A DNA stretch of 64,000 bases from Octopus sinensis (GCF_006345805.1 NC_043001.1:110732001-110796000); one strand, 5' to 3'. Positions 12,440-25,615 are shown, numbered from the stretch's first letter. Notes: generated from the letters alone by a model not told the origin. Translations and numbers: made by a program.

Positions 12440-12849
12440 GAAAATTAACCTGTGTTATGTCTTTCGGTTCATTAATTGGAAAATACAAATTCTTCCAGGA
12501 GCAACTTTGATTTCATTCTTCGGTGGTAGTAAAACAAAGTACCTGTCAAATACAGGCGTTCGTGCAAGATCCTCACATCAAAATTGCAGTCTTTGCCTTA
12601 GATCGGAAAGGTTATAAAGCTGGAAATGATCAAATAATATCCTGAGTTTAAATTAATGTTCAGCAAAAAACATGAAATGTTTGCTATGAATGATAATTGT
12701 GTCGAAACTAGAAAGGAAGAAAAACCTTATAAACGAATACAACCTGACTAAAAGCACGTTGACTACATTACGCATCTTTATAGTTCATAAGCCATCTCTT
12801 AGCGACTATCACACAGAAATGCAATCTCAGTTTTTCTTATATATTCTAC

Positions 12850-13440
12850 GCGAGCTGGCAGAAACGTTAGCACGCCGGGCGAAATGCGTAGCCGTATTTC
12901 GTTTACCGTTTCGACCTGAGTTCAAATTCCGCCGAGGTCGACTTTGCCTTCATCCTTTCGAGGTCGATAAATTAAGTACTAGGTACCACTTGGGGTGATG
13001 TAATCGACTTAACCCGTTTGTCTGTCCTTGTTTGTCCCCTCTATGTTTAGCCCCTTGTGGGTAATAAAGAAATAGGTATTTCGTCTGTCGTTACGTTCTG
13101 AGTTCAAATTCCGCCGAGGTCGAGTTTGCCTTTCATCCTTTCGGGGTCGATAAATTAAGTACCAGTTACGCACTGGGGTTTATGTAATTCACTTAATCCG
13201 TTGTCTGTCCTTGTTTGTCCCCTCTGTGTTTAGCCCCTTGTGGGTAATAAAGAAATAGGTATTTCGTCTGTCGTTACGTTCTGAGTTCAAATTCCACCGA
13301 GGTCGAGTTTGCCTTTCATTCTTTCGGGGTCGATAAATTAAGTACCAGTTACGCACTGGGGTCGATGTAATTCACTTAATCCGTTTGTCTGTCCTTGTTT
13401 GTCCCCTATATGTTTAGCCCCTTGTGGGTAATAAAGAAAC
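12850..13440 (+). mobile_element. Meta/MESC-domain SINE family B, tandem trimer
   Basis: Head plus units restarting at 13075 and 13258 (period 183), junction aaagaaata|ggtatttcgtc. Confidence 0.85.
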
Positions 13441-13909
13441 AGATTCTACGAGAAATTATAATATAACCACTATTTTTTTTATGGGAAGTGTTGTACATGG
13501 AGTAGAGTACAATAAGCAGACATCTGCATTATTACATGAAACCATGACCAGAGATTCCAGTAGATTATCAAGAAGAATCACGATAATAAATCGTTGCAAA
13601 TTCTTCTGTTTTTCCCCAAACGATAGCATGTTTGGGACGCTAATGGACGCGAGTAATATTAAGATCATTGATTAACTGCATCGTTGCGTATGCATAATAA
13701 TCGTGATGGACTGTTATGCGTATAGAGTCATGCAGTGAATCAATGATTTTGAAAATTTTTCACTAGGGAGGAATAAAATAACACATGTGCATTATCTATA
13801 GCATTGGAAATTTGAAGTAACGACTACTATAAATTTAGGAACTAACATCAATGTATTACAAAGTTTTGATATATGAAAAAGAAGCATAATTTCCTACATG
13901 TTCTTGAGT

Positions 13910-13998
13910 GTGTGTATGTATGTATGTCTATCTGTCTATCTATCTATGTATCTATATCTATCTACATATATATACATATATATACATATATATACATG

Positions 13999-14030
<32 letters not shown>

Positions 14031-14318
14031 TACATTTACATATATATATATATGTATATGTATATATGTATATATATATGTATATATATACATATATATA
14101 TATATAAATATATGTATATATGTATATATATGTATATATATGCATATATATACATATATATATACATATATACATATATATATATAAATATGTACATGTA
14201 TACGTATTTATATATGTATATATGCATATATATCTATATATATATGTGTGTGTGTATATATATATATATGTATATATATACATATGTGTGTATATATATA
14301 TATACACACATATGTATA

Positions 14319-14349
<31 letters not shown>

Positions 14350-14395
14350 TTATGTGTGTGTGTTTGTTGTGTGTATGTGTGTGAGTGTTTGTGTG
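13910..14395. repeat. TA/CA-rich compound microsatellite
   Basis: Direct reading. Confidence 0.95.
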
Positions 14396-14649
14396 TCGAA
14401 CACCCACCATCTGGAAATTTTATGAAGCAAATAACGTTGGCAATAAAGGATTCCGTAACTATTCTCATTCTTCCGATTAAAGATTTCGTATTGGATGTGG
14501 CAAAAGTGGAGAGAAACATTCGATCATGTACAACTTAATGACACAATTCATAGAACATAACACACTGTGAACACACAAGAGTACAACAACTTGTAGGAAT
14601 TGTGATCCTATTGAATTCCCTATTTAGAAATCACCTCCACGAAAATGTA

Positions 14650-15904
14650 TTGGGCTGTACGGAAAGTTCGTGCCGATTTTTAAAGGAAAGAAAAAGGTCA
14701 ATAAATATTGCCATTACATTTTTAATCAACCAAACATGAACCATTTTGTTGCACAATGCGTCTCAATATTTCCTTTAACTTGAAAATACCCTCCTTCCAA
14801 AATTGGGGTGGTTTAATGGCAAGGAATTCATTATGTCATCCAAGGAATTGAATTTTTTTACCATTAAGGGTATTCTACACATACCTGAATAAGTGGAAAT
14901 CCGAAGGAGCAATATCTGCTGAATATGGAGTGTGGGGTAACACATACCAGCAGAGCTGCAGCCTTTTTTTTTCTAGGTCCCAAAGAAATGTGCTGTCTTG
15001 CTTTATCATGTTGGAAACCAACACCCTACCCGTTGGCCAATTTTGGACGTTTCTCTTGAATTGCTGCTTTTAACTCGTCCAGTTGTGTGCAGTATTTCTC
15101 AGAATTAATTATCTGGTTACTTGGGAGAAGCTTATAGTACAGAATTCCTTTCCAATCCCACCTGACACAAAGCAAAACTTTTTTAGGGTGAAGACCCGCT
15201 TTTGGGATGGCTGAGGTTGGCTCATGTCGCTTACTCCAGGATCGCTTTCTCTGAACATTTCGTTAGAAAATCCATTTCTCATCACCTGACACAAGTTTCT
15301 TTAAAACAGGTGTTTTCATTCCGGTCATAAAGCGAATCACAGTTGGAAATGAGATCCAAAAGGTTCTTCTCACTCAACTCATGTGGTACCCAAACATCGT
15401 AGCGATTTGTGTACTCAAGCTTTACCAGGTGCTCATGAACGACGAATTTCGATAGGTTGAGGTTTTCTGCCAATTCTCGGGTTATTCTCAATTAATGACT
15501 TGATTTGGTCACCATCTGTAGTGGATGATCTGGGTCTGTCTGATCGCTCTTTATCAATAAGGCTACGATCTCCAGCTCGGAACCTTGCGAACCACTTCCG
15601 TACAGTTCTTTCGGATAAAGAGACATCACCACAAACTGCGCATATTTCTTTGGTTGCTTGTGAGGCATTTTTCCCTTTACGGAAAAAGAAAAGCATCAAG
15701 TGCCGAAAACGAACTTTCTTATCTCCATTTTACAGGATTACAGAATTAACACATGTTATAGGAACATAAGCCTTCTTCCACGAAAAGATAGCTTAAACTG
15801 TGCTCTAAATGGAGGTGTGGTCAAATCCTATTTTATGGACTCAACCATGTTCTAAAATAAGTCGAAAGTTAAGCTACTATAAATCGACTTTCCGGACAAA
15901 CCAA
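14650..15904 (-). mobile_element. Full-length decayed mariner transposon
   Basis: TA flanks; TIRs ttgggctgtacggaaagttcg / actttccggacaaaccaa; transposase fragments KGKNASQATKEIC, WVPHEL, YSADIAPSDFHLF with frameshifts. Confidence 0.9.
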
Positions 15905-15944
15905 TAGTATTATTAACCACAAACAATACGTAATAAAATTTTCA

Positions 15945-16349
15945 CCAATGGCTTATGAAAAACAATTTATTGCTGCCTGAGTATAAAAATTCTTTCACAA
16001 CTATTTTTAAGCGACTCACTCTATAGTTGTGTTCGAAACTCCTTTTTTGCCTATGGATCCCTTTGAAACCTATTTTATTCTCGTGGACCCTCATCGCCAA
16101 CTGGTGTTTAGAAACTAGTTTTATAGGCACTTCTTTCAAAATTCCTACTCTGTTTATTACTTGTGCTATGTAAAACAGAGTGAAAAATAAACGAAACTAG
16201 CAGTTTCTTGTAATATATACATCTAAACATATTTTTCCAAGGACCCTTAAAATAATAATGAACAGGTTTTGTTATTTTGCTTGTGTGGTTCCCGCATAAT
16301 ATTATATGGATCCCATGGGTCATATGGACTCCGGTTCAGAACCATTGAA
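15945..16349. mobile_element. Possible old hAT-type MITE
   Basis: Right end gttcagaaccattg resembles the hAT TIR cagtggttctcaac; internal tggaccc/tggatccc motifs; left TIR unclear. Confidence 0.3.
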
Positions 16350-16899
16350 CATTTGTAGAGTGTACACAAGTTTAAAAATCTATATTTTGAATCACGTATA
16401 TTTCCATCAACTTCACTTAAAATTGTCTGTGTATGCCTTGTCAAAACTACGTTCTATATAATTTAAAGATGTTTACGTATTTCAGAATTACCAGTTCTAG
16501 AAATTATACGCTGACAATACAAATCTCTTTTAGGGATAATAGTTTTAACATCTCATGTAAACAAAACATTTTCGCTCATTAGCTTTATTGCATACTGTTT
16601 TTTTTTCGCTTTTTTCTTCGTTTATGCTCTCTATGTATGTTGAATAGAAAAAAAAACTGCTTGCATATTAACTTCAAGTTCCTTATTAGGAGGCACAGTT
16701 GCGGTTACATGCAATCTCTTAAAATAAGAACCTTCACAACTACATTCCCATGTTAGTGTTTCTTTACATATGCTAACATATCTTGTTTCTGTACGTTTGA
16801 TGTACTTCTGTAAATGTAAGTCTTACAATTACAGTATTGAATCAATCTTTGTGTATTGCTGTCCTTTGCAGTTCTTTGTGTATCGCAACAAAGAGAGCA

Positions 16900-17690
16900 G
16901 ATATGGTGAACGAAGTGCTGAATGTGCCTCTTTAACTCTGTAGGGTCGCACATGCGGCACACACTTCTCATTATTCTGATGAAGTCTGCCATCAATATAT
17001 TGAATTTGGCATTGTCCACGGTAACCGAATTCCGGTGGATCAGGTATATGGAGGCCATAGGTTTGGCACAGTTTGAATGAGAGATTTCGGTTTTATTATT
17101 CACAGTTTCCAGTCACAGTTCTGTATTTAATACTGGTAGAATATTGTTAGAGTGTTTCGTAGGGTAGTCTATCGTGACCTTAATACTCTGGTGGATGGAG
17201 TTAGCTATTTGCTTGATGCTCTTCATAGTATTAGTTTCTATTTCTGTTTCAAGAGTACTCTCTTGTCGGAGTGCCTTTACCACTATATTGATATCATTGA
17301 CATAGTGAGAGTACATGTTCATGAGTATGGAGTTCTATGCCAGGCGTCTTTAAGCTTCCTGTCCCACCATACCATGAAAAGGTTGGCCACGTCCCCTGCG
17401 ATACTAACCCCGATGGCTACCCCCTAATCTTGGGCGTATATTTTGTTGTTAAACTTAAACGTGTGATCGTTTAGGGTGACTCTTATACTAGCTCCTAGGG
17501 CATGTGCGATCATTTTCTTTACTTGATATTCGTTTTCGTGGGTCCCTATGGCTCTGGTCCACCCACTCCATCTCTCTACAGGGATCTTCCTAGTAATAGA
17601 TGTAATTGTAGGTTGTCTACCTCTTAGACGTCTACTGGGGCAGAAAATTCTAAGGTAATGTTTGTCTAGATATTCGATGTTGTATGTCAG
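16900..17690 (-). pseudogene. Decayed Penelope-like element reverse transcriptase
   Basis: FKFNNKIYAQD*GVAIGVSIAGDVANLFMVWWDR, YVNDINIV (YVDD-like), IDYPTKHSNNILPVL, KPMAS. Confidence 0.75.
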
Positions 17691-18064
17691 TCTCAGAGAA
17701 AACGAGAATGAAACACTAGAACACACCCACAACACATCACAACTTATGACTGAATAAGAACCTCGTAAACTGATAATAGTATGAACATAATGCAATACAC
17801 AGATAAACAAATGGAATTCAATAACTGTATACATGAACAAAATAACATAAGTTAAATTAATACAAAAAGAAGGAAAAGAAAAAGTAAGTAGGTACAAACA
17901 AATGAATAAAATAAATAAATTAAATTAATCGAACGTGTATAAACAGAGAATATTGAAAATGCAGGCCTATTCCCCCCACTTACTAAGCATAGACGCACAC
18001 AGAGACATACGCATGCGCAAATAAAAGATATATACAATTGGAATACAAAATGGCAGATCGTTCA

Positions 18065-18190
18065 TAAGGAGAGATACACAAAAAAGAAAGACGAAACTAA
18101 AGGAACACAGATGAGGTCACAGAAGTGTGTTGAAAGAACTCTGGCCGAAATACAATATAAAATATAGCTGAAGCAAGTGAACACTATATC
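18065..18190 (+). mobile_element. PLE pseudo-LTR fragment with degenerate hammerhead (18103-18146)
   Basis: Homologous to 58085-58225; gaaca-CAGATGA-ggtcac...GAAA-gaac-TC-tggcc. Confidence 0.6.
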
Positions 18191-19374
18191 TATTATATAT
18201 ATTATATATATATATATATACATATATGAAAAAACAAGTAAAAATAGAAAATGCTAAAATAATTTTAAGTGAACATTTCAGTACCGGTTTCGGTCATTTT
18301 GAGAACCTTTTTAACTGTAACCGATTAAATAATTAATATTTAGAAAAATTAGAAGAAAAGTTTTTTTAAGAATATTTCTATAGTAGTGTTCAGATTTAAG
18401 TGGCATTCTGCCTTTCTCTGACTCCCTTGTTTGTACTTGTGTGTTCGAGGTAGTTGTGAGTTCTTGGTAGGGTAGTAGAGGAAGGCTGGTGAGGAAAGGG
18501 GGGGGGGAGAATCTGGGAGTGCCCTGATGGTCGTATTTGAATGGTCAGTGGCGGCTGGCAGTCTCAGTTCAATTCAGGAGAATATTTATATTGACAGGCT
18601 TGTTTATAGAATTAGCGTAGGTGTTATACTAAAAAACATTAGTGACAAACTTAAGGGTAGGGGGGGAGAAGAAGAAGAGAAGAATAAGAAGAAGGAGAAG
18701 GAGAAGGAGAGATGACGATGATGGTGATGGTGATTATGACGACGATGATGATGATAACGATGATGATGAAGAAGAAGAAGAAGAAGAAGGAGGAGAAGGA
18801 GAAGATGGTGGTGATGATGGTGGCGATGATGATGATGCCGATGATGATGATAACGATGATGATGAAGAAGAGAGGAAGAAGAAGAAGAAAAAAAACAGAG
18901 AAGGGAGAATATGAATGGGTGTAAATATAGCTATGAAGGGGCTGATTAGTAATGGATTCTATGGAGTGTAGTATTTGTGTGTGTATATATATTTTTTTCT
19001 TTTATTCTAAAGTTGAGGTATATTAATTGTTTGTCGTAGACCCGTTAAGAAGTGGCTTGTATTTTGTAATAAAGAGATTTTCTTACTTATTCGTTGTCTC
19101 GAGGTTGTATCGTCCCTAATTGGTAGAGGGGGAAAATTCTGAAGTTTGGTGTTTTTTTGTTGGCGCAAGTATCTATGTGTTGGCTAAAAGCTATTTTTCT
19201 GTTTTGGGGAATTTTTATCTGGGATCTGTGCAGGGCCATTCGTTTACGCAAACCAGTTTTTGTTTGGCCTATGTACTGCTCTTGACACCCGGAGCAGGTT
19301 AGTGAGTATATTAGGTTCTCCGAAGCACATGTGAGGTTGCTTTTCACTGTAAAACGTTGTCCCTGTTTGAAGGA

Positions 19375-20120
19375 GAACTACAAGAACTAAAAGATACCCT
19401 AATCACCAGGAACTATCCACCTTCACTTATTGACAAATGCATTCAACGTGCCCTTCAACTTAACATCAAGGAACTGAGACATCCCAAATCAAAGAAAAAA
19501 CTTACAACCAAAAGCCTTACCATACATCTCCACACAACACCCTCTCAATAACGAAGCTTCGACACCATCCTCCACAACATACCCCTCCTAAAAAAAGACC
19601 ACAGAATGAACACAATCCTCCAAACACACACGATCATAAAAAGCAAAAGACAGCCTAGATCCATGAAAAGTCTCCTTACACAAGCCCGATTCACTCTTCA
19701 ACACAGAAGCCGACAGTAAAAAAATGTGGAAGACCCAATTGCGGGATATGCGACTATCTAATCGAGGGTTCTGAGTTCTCCTTCAAACAGGGACAACGTT
19801 TTACAGTGAAAAGCAACTTCACATGTGCTTCGGAGAACCTAATATACTCACTAACCTGCTCCGGGTGTCAAGAGCAGTACATAGGCCAAACAAAAACTGG
19901 TTTGCGTAAACGAATGGCCCTGCACAGATCCCAGATAAAAATTCCCCAAAACAGAAAAATAGATTTTAGCCAACACATAGATACTTGCGCCAACAAAAAA
20001 ACACCAAACTTCAGAATTTTCCCCCCTCTACCAATTTAGGGACGATACAACCTCGAGACAACGAATAAGTAAAGAAAATCTCTTTATTACAAAATACAAG
20101 CCACTTCTTAACGGTCTACG
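19375..20120 (+). pseudogene. PLE RT C-terminus, Cys-rich linker and GIY-YIG endonuclease (frameshifted)
   Basis: KCGRPNCGICDYL; NLIYSLTCSGCQEQYIGQT...LRKRMALHRS; mirror copy at 19087-19347 (-). Confidence 0.85.
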
Positions 20121-20842
20121 ACAAACAATTAATATACCTCAACTTTAGAATAAAAGAAAAAATATTATATATACCACACAAATACTACACTCCATAGAAT
20201 CCATTACTAATCAGCCCCTTCATAGCTATATTACACCCATTCATATTCTCCCTTCTCTGTTTTTCTTCTTCTTCTTCTTCCTCTTCTCTTCTTCATCATC
20301 ATCGTTATCATCATCATCGGCATCATCATCATCGCCACCATCATCACCACCATCTTCTCCTTCTCCCCTTCTCTTCTTCTTCTTCTTCTTCATCATCATC
20401 GTTATCATCATCATCGTCGTCATAATCACATCACCCATCATCGTCATCTTCTCCTTCTCCTTCTCCTTCTTCTTATTCTTCTTCTTCTTCTTCTCCCCCC
20501 CCTACCCCTTAAGTTTGTCACTAATGTTTTTTAGCATAACACCTACGCTAATTCTATAAACAAGCCTGTCAATATAAATATTCTCCTGAATTGAACTGAG
20601 ACTGCCAGCCGCCACTGACCATTCAAAATACGACCATCAGGGCACTCCCAGATTCTCCCACCCCCCTTTCTAACAGCCTTCCCTCTACTACCCTACCAAG
20701 AACTCACAACTACCTCGAACACACAAGTGCAAACAAGGGAGTCAGAGAAAGGCAGAATGCCACTTAAATCTGAACACTACTATAGAAATATTCTTTTAAA
20801 AAAACTTTTCTTCTAATTTTTCTAAATTTAATTATTTAATCG

Positions 20843-20886
20843 TTACAGTTGAAAAGGTCTCAAAATGACCGAAACCGGTACTGAAA
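20843..20886 (+). ncRNA. Minimal hammerhead motif, U3-A8 core variant (mirror copy 18277-18320, -)
   Basis: ttacag-TTGAAAA-ggtc(tcaaaat)gacc-GAAA-ccgg-TA-ctgaaa; palindromic stem III ACCGGT. Confidence 0.65.
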
Positions 20887-21247
20887 TGTTCACTATAAAA
20901 TTATTTTAGCATTTTCTATTTTTTACTTGTTTTTTCATATATATCAACTCGTGTGTTCCTTTTCACCCTTATACATATATATATATATATACACATATAT
21001 ATATATAAATAATACCAGTTCTATGTTTAAGAGATGAGGAATTATATACATTGCTGCTAACACAATATTGTGTAAACAACAAACAAGATGAGGACAAATA
21101 TCCGTCAAATGTAAATATTGTACCAAATATATAATGCGTGTGTTTTCATATGCTAAACTGGAAACATGAGCATCCCCAAATACAACAATATCTGTTTCAA
21201 CACACAAATTCACGTCAAGAATCTTGCAAAGCGAATATCTTAACGTA

Positions 21248-21286
<39 letters not shown>

Positions 21287-22137
21287 AAGATGAAGAGAGA
21301 GGGAGAGGGAGGGGGAGAGATATAGAAAGAGAGAAAAGTAGAATCAAGAAAAACGTACTCCATCCAGTGAGAGATAAATATCAATTTCATGCACAACCGA
21401 ATGAGCTACTGATAGTTGCAAGTTTTTATGTTACTTGAACAGGCATTTTTATGTAATACACCATTCCCCAGGCTCTGTTCATGCGTTATATATATTTTAG
21501 AACCAAAAACACAGGACAGTGATAAAATAAGAAAAAAAAAACAACTTGGAAAAAAAGTGGAGATTGTTGGTGCAAAAAATTGAAATAGAAAAATAAACGA
21601 AATCAAAAAATCTAACATCTTAATCTTACATGAGAGCAGAAAGCTCATTAAATACCACTGGTATAAATTAAAATAACAGAAAATAAATATGCGAGACAGG
21701 ATCTCAATCCGGAGACAGTAGTGACCACCAGTTCGATAAAAGAAACCTGGCCACGTATTTACAGCTGCTAAAAATTTCAGATATGCAATAATAGGGTTGA
21801 TATAAACGACTAACCTCTATCCCAAGTTGCTGGCATTGGCCAAAATTTGACGTCAATATCAATTGCCTCACACTGCAACGAACTGGCAGAATCATTAGCA
21901 AGCCGAACAAAATGCTTAGTGTCTTTGGGTTCTAAGTTCGGCGTGGCCGATTTTGTATTTCATCCTGTCGGAGTCGAGAAAATAAGTACAACTGAGATCG
22001 ATGTAATCGATTAGCTTCCTCATATGAAATTACTGCTGAAATTTGAAGCCAATCCAATTTGCTTTTAATATTCATTTCTATACTCATGACTTATAATATC
22101 ACACTGGTTTTGTTTAAAGGCTTCAATATGCGTGAAT

Positions 22138-22464
22138 GTGGAGGCGCAATGGCCCAGTGGTTAGGGCAGCAGACACGTGGTCGGAGGATCACGGTTTCAA
22201 TTCCCAGACCGGGAATATATATATATGTGTGTATATATATATATGTATATTGAGCGAAAACACCTAAAAGCTCCACGATGCTCAGGTGGTGGCGACCCCT
22301 GTTGTACTCTTTCGCTCCAACTCTCTCTTCCTGTTTCTTGAGTAACGTTGCGATGGACTGGCGTCCCGTCCAGCTGGGGGGAACACATACGCCACAAAAA
22401 CCGGGAAACCGGGCCCATAAACCTGACTAGGCTTGAAAAAGGCGCATAAGTAAATAAAATATAT
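22138..22464 (+). mobile_element. tRNA-derived CORE-type SINE with 13-bp TSD
   Basis: TSD aatatgcgtgaat at 22125-22137 and 22465-22477; gcgatggactggcgtcccgtccag block. Confidence 0.85.
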
Positions 22465-23401
22465 AATATGCGTGAATAGGGACCATGCAAAATTAGTATG
22501 TTCTTACCATTTTACCGTAAAGCAAGCCCCAATCTAGGGTACACGATGATTAGGGTATCACTGAATCTGGTCAAAATTTGCTTGTGGGGGCCGGTTTGTA
22601 TTAAATTAGTTATTACTGTATTGCAGAGTTAAACAGGCTGTGATGTATACGGAAAAAGCAATTAGCTAACTGGTCACTAAAATATTTAATCTAGTCAGCT
22701 AAAATTGTATTATTTGTAAATATAGCATTAATCAGTATAAACAAAATATTATTTTAACGAATATCTATGCCAAAGTAGGTATTGGACACAACTGTTGGGC
22801 TTACTTTAATTAAAGAAGGCGAAAAAATATTGCAGTTGTAGATAATGAATATTCTGTGAAATATGGTGACAACTTCTGGCATGTTTTGAACCCACTTAAT
22901 ATACAGATGTTCAACAGCAGACGACGATTCATTCTATATGTATAGAATACAGTTGCTGATATATATATATATCTGTGTGTATGCGTGCGTAGCGTTTATA
23001 CATGAGTGTGTGTGTAAATAAGTGTATATATGTATATCTCACACACCCACATTTCATCATCGTATTTTCCACTTCAAATCTTGTAGTGTTTTCATAGACT
23101 ATATTTTTTTCGCATTTTTCAATTCCAGAAGTAAATATCATGACGTTGTTTACGTAGATGGATTGTCGTAATATATACACAAAAAATAATCTCTTATGAA
23201 ATAGTTTCTGAAACAAGTTCCTTAAAGGTATATTTCCAGGGACATAATGAGAAACAAAATGCTTATATTGTGAGACAACTATACGTAAGCAGAGTTTTGC
23301 CTCTTCATAAAGTTTCCTTACATAAAATAAAAAAAGAAAGAGAACCAGTTTCAAAGGGAACTGATGCAACCAACGAAGAAACGATGAAGATAGAAAAATT
23401 A

Positions 23402-23432
<31 letters not shown>

Positions 23433-23514
23433 CATATTTTTTTTTCTATCTTCATCGTTCAGTCGCCATGATAGATCAATAGCCACTACAAACATATTTT
23501 TTCACTTCTTGTTC

Positions 23515-23550
23515 CTTTCTGTGGAAGGGCGTAGGCTCGAAACGTAAAAG
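23515..23550 (+). ncRNA. Hammerhead-like motif with non-canonical core
   Basis: cttt-CTGTGGA-a-gggc(gtag)gctc-GAAA-cg-TA-aaag; A6 replaced by U. Confidence 0.45.
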
Positions 23551-23600
23551 ACTTTTTCAATTCCCGAATGTTATACTAATACATCTGTTTGTTTTTACAC

Positions 23601-24005
23601 AGGAGTGGCTGTGTGGTAAGTAGCTTGCTAACCAACCACATGGTTCCGGGTTCAGTCCCACTGCGTGGCACCGTGGGCAAGTGTCTTCTGCTATAGCCTC
23701 GGCCCGACCAAAGCCTTGTGAGTGGATTTGGTAGACGGAAACTGAAAGAAGCCTGTCGTATATATGTATATATATATATATATGTGTGTTTGTGTGTATA
23801 TGTATTTGTGTGTCTGTGTTTGTCCCGCTAGCATTGCTTGACAACCGATGCTGGTGTGTTTACGTCCCCGTCACTTAGCGGTTCGGCAAAAGAGAACGAT
23901 AGAATAAATACTGGGCTTACAAGGAATAAGTCCCGGGGTCGATTTGCTCGACTAAAGGCGGTGCTCCAGCATGGCCGCAGTCAAATGACTGAAACAAGTA
24001 AAAAG
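23601..24005 (+). mobile_element. SINE family A, full-length
   Basis: aggagtggctgtgtggtaag...ccgggttcagtcc head, gggcaagtgtcttc CORE-like box, internal TA/TG tract, A-rich tail. Confidence 0.9.
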
Positions 24006-24068
24006 AAAAAAAGAAAAAAAGAAAAAAAGTGTCTTCGTCTTTCGTTTTTTTTCAGTGAATTCCTCCCA

Positions 24069-24070
<2 letters not shown>

Positions 24071-24113
<43 letters not shown>

Positions 24114-24136
24114 ATGTGTGTGTGTGTGTATGTATG

Positions 24137-24185
<49 letters not shown>

Positions 24186-24188
24186 ATA

Positions 24189-24230
<42 letters not shown>

Positions 24231-24343
24231 ATATATATATATATATGTGTGTATATATATATATATGTATATGTATGTATTTGTATGTATATGTATATAT
24301 ATGTATATATATGCATATGTGTATATATATATATATATATACT

Positions 24344-24420
<77 letters not shown>

Positions 24421-24452
24421 TACATGTACGTATCTATATATGTATACATATA
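24071..24452. repeat. TA/TG microsatellite
   Basis: Direct reading. Confidence 0.95.
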
Positions 24453-25183
24453 TTCTGCCTGCAGATGCATGATTCTCGAAATATTTTCTCAATTTATCAA
24501 ACAATTTATCAGTACGAAGTTTTCTTAATGCCGGTCTCTTCGATTATCTGCTACTGGAAACTCAGTATTGATATCGACACTCCGGACTTCTCTTGTGTTA
24601 AGTCTGTTGATTATTACAGCAGATGAATGCCATCCACAGCGTAAATATATTTTGATATATTGCAAAAAAAAAAACATTCAGAAACTATTCCGCCATTGTT
24701 GAGCATCATATATTTCCACCCTACTCATATTTCTTTTTTGCAATTTACTTATAAATGTACGCAATATATGAATCAATAATAAAGCATCTAACTACCATAT
24801 ATAGTATGTCTTCCACCAGTTCTAGTTAGTTAAAAACGTGAAAAGTTACGCATGTGAATGTTGTTTTCCGTGATTGATGATTTGGGTTCAATCGTCCATT
24901 AAATTACTTTCTGGTGGATGAAACGTTACATGTTACCAAACGTTCCAAGGACAAAGGTGCACAACATATTCCTCATGTAGATTCGGCGGGACACTGTGTG
25001 ACGGATTTCTATCATTGGCTTCTACATAAAAACTATAACACCTCTTCCCAATTTCAATAAAGCTCAAATTGACTCCAGTAAACTGACTATTCGACCATGC
25101 CTACACAGGTCATTTCTGTCTTTTCAATACACACGCACACACACACACGTGCGAAATTATGGTGTAAATAACTAATTAAATGA

Positions 25184-25215
<32 letters not shown>

Positions 25216-25237
25216 ATACACACATATATATATATAT

Positions 25238-25615
25238 AATAAAATATTAGGGAATAAATCCAAACGTACAGGGAAAAATCAGTTTTAGGATTGAATCCAA
25301 TTTTATAGTAAAATATTATATTATATTAAATTAGAGATAAAACCACTATTAGGCAAATCATACAATGAATAACTTAAGCAATGCATAAGATTAATTAAAT
25401 TATATTATTTTAAATATATATCAAAATTATTAAAAAAACATAATTAGTATAACACTACGATCGTTTCATGGCTGTCCAATTCGTAAAAATTCGAGTTACA
25501 GTCATTCTTCAGGTGATTGAAATGTTTAACTTAGCGAGGTTTAATCATTGCTTCCGTTTTTCATTGTATGATTTGCCTAATAGTGGTTTTATCTCTAATT
25601 TAATATAATATATAT
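25238..25615 (-). mobile_element. Non-coding PLE pseudo-LTR-like element with internal inverted repeat and hammerhead (25451-25518)
   Basis: Minus strand: aatcac-CTGAAGA-atgactgt...acagccat-GAAA-cgatcg-TA-gtgtt; IR 25317-25369 / 25560-25612; in (TA)n. Confidence 0.75.

Larger units (their letters stand above)
18222..20944 (+). mobile_element. 5'-truncated Penelope-like element with inverted duplication of its 3' 1.16 kb
   Basis: Arms 18222-19379 (-) and 19774-20944 (+); unique RT C-terminal spacer ELQELKDTLITRNYPPSLI. Confidence 0.9.

Noticed and set aside
12850-13440. Regular repeats resembling a CRISPR array or satellite
   Set aside because: There are no unique spacers, the units are SINE bodies, and the context is eukaryotic.
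18642-18924. Acidic/basic low-complexity ORFs (poly-D/E/K)
   Set aside because: This is a (GAA)/(GAT) tract in the PLE 3' UTR, duplicated in the other arm; not a host exon.
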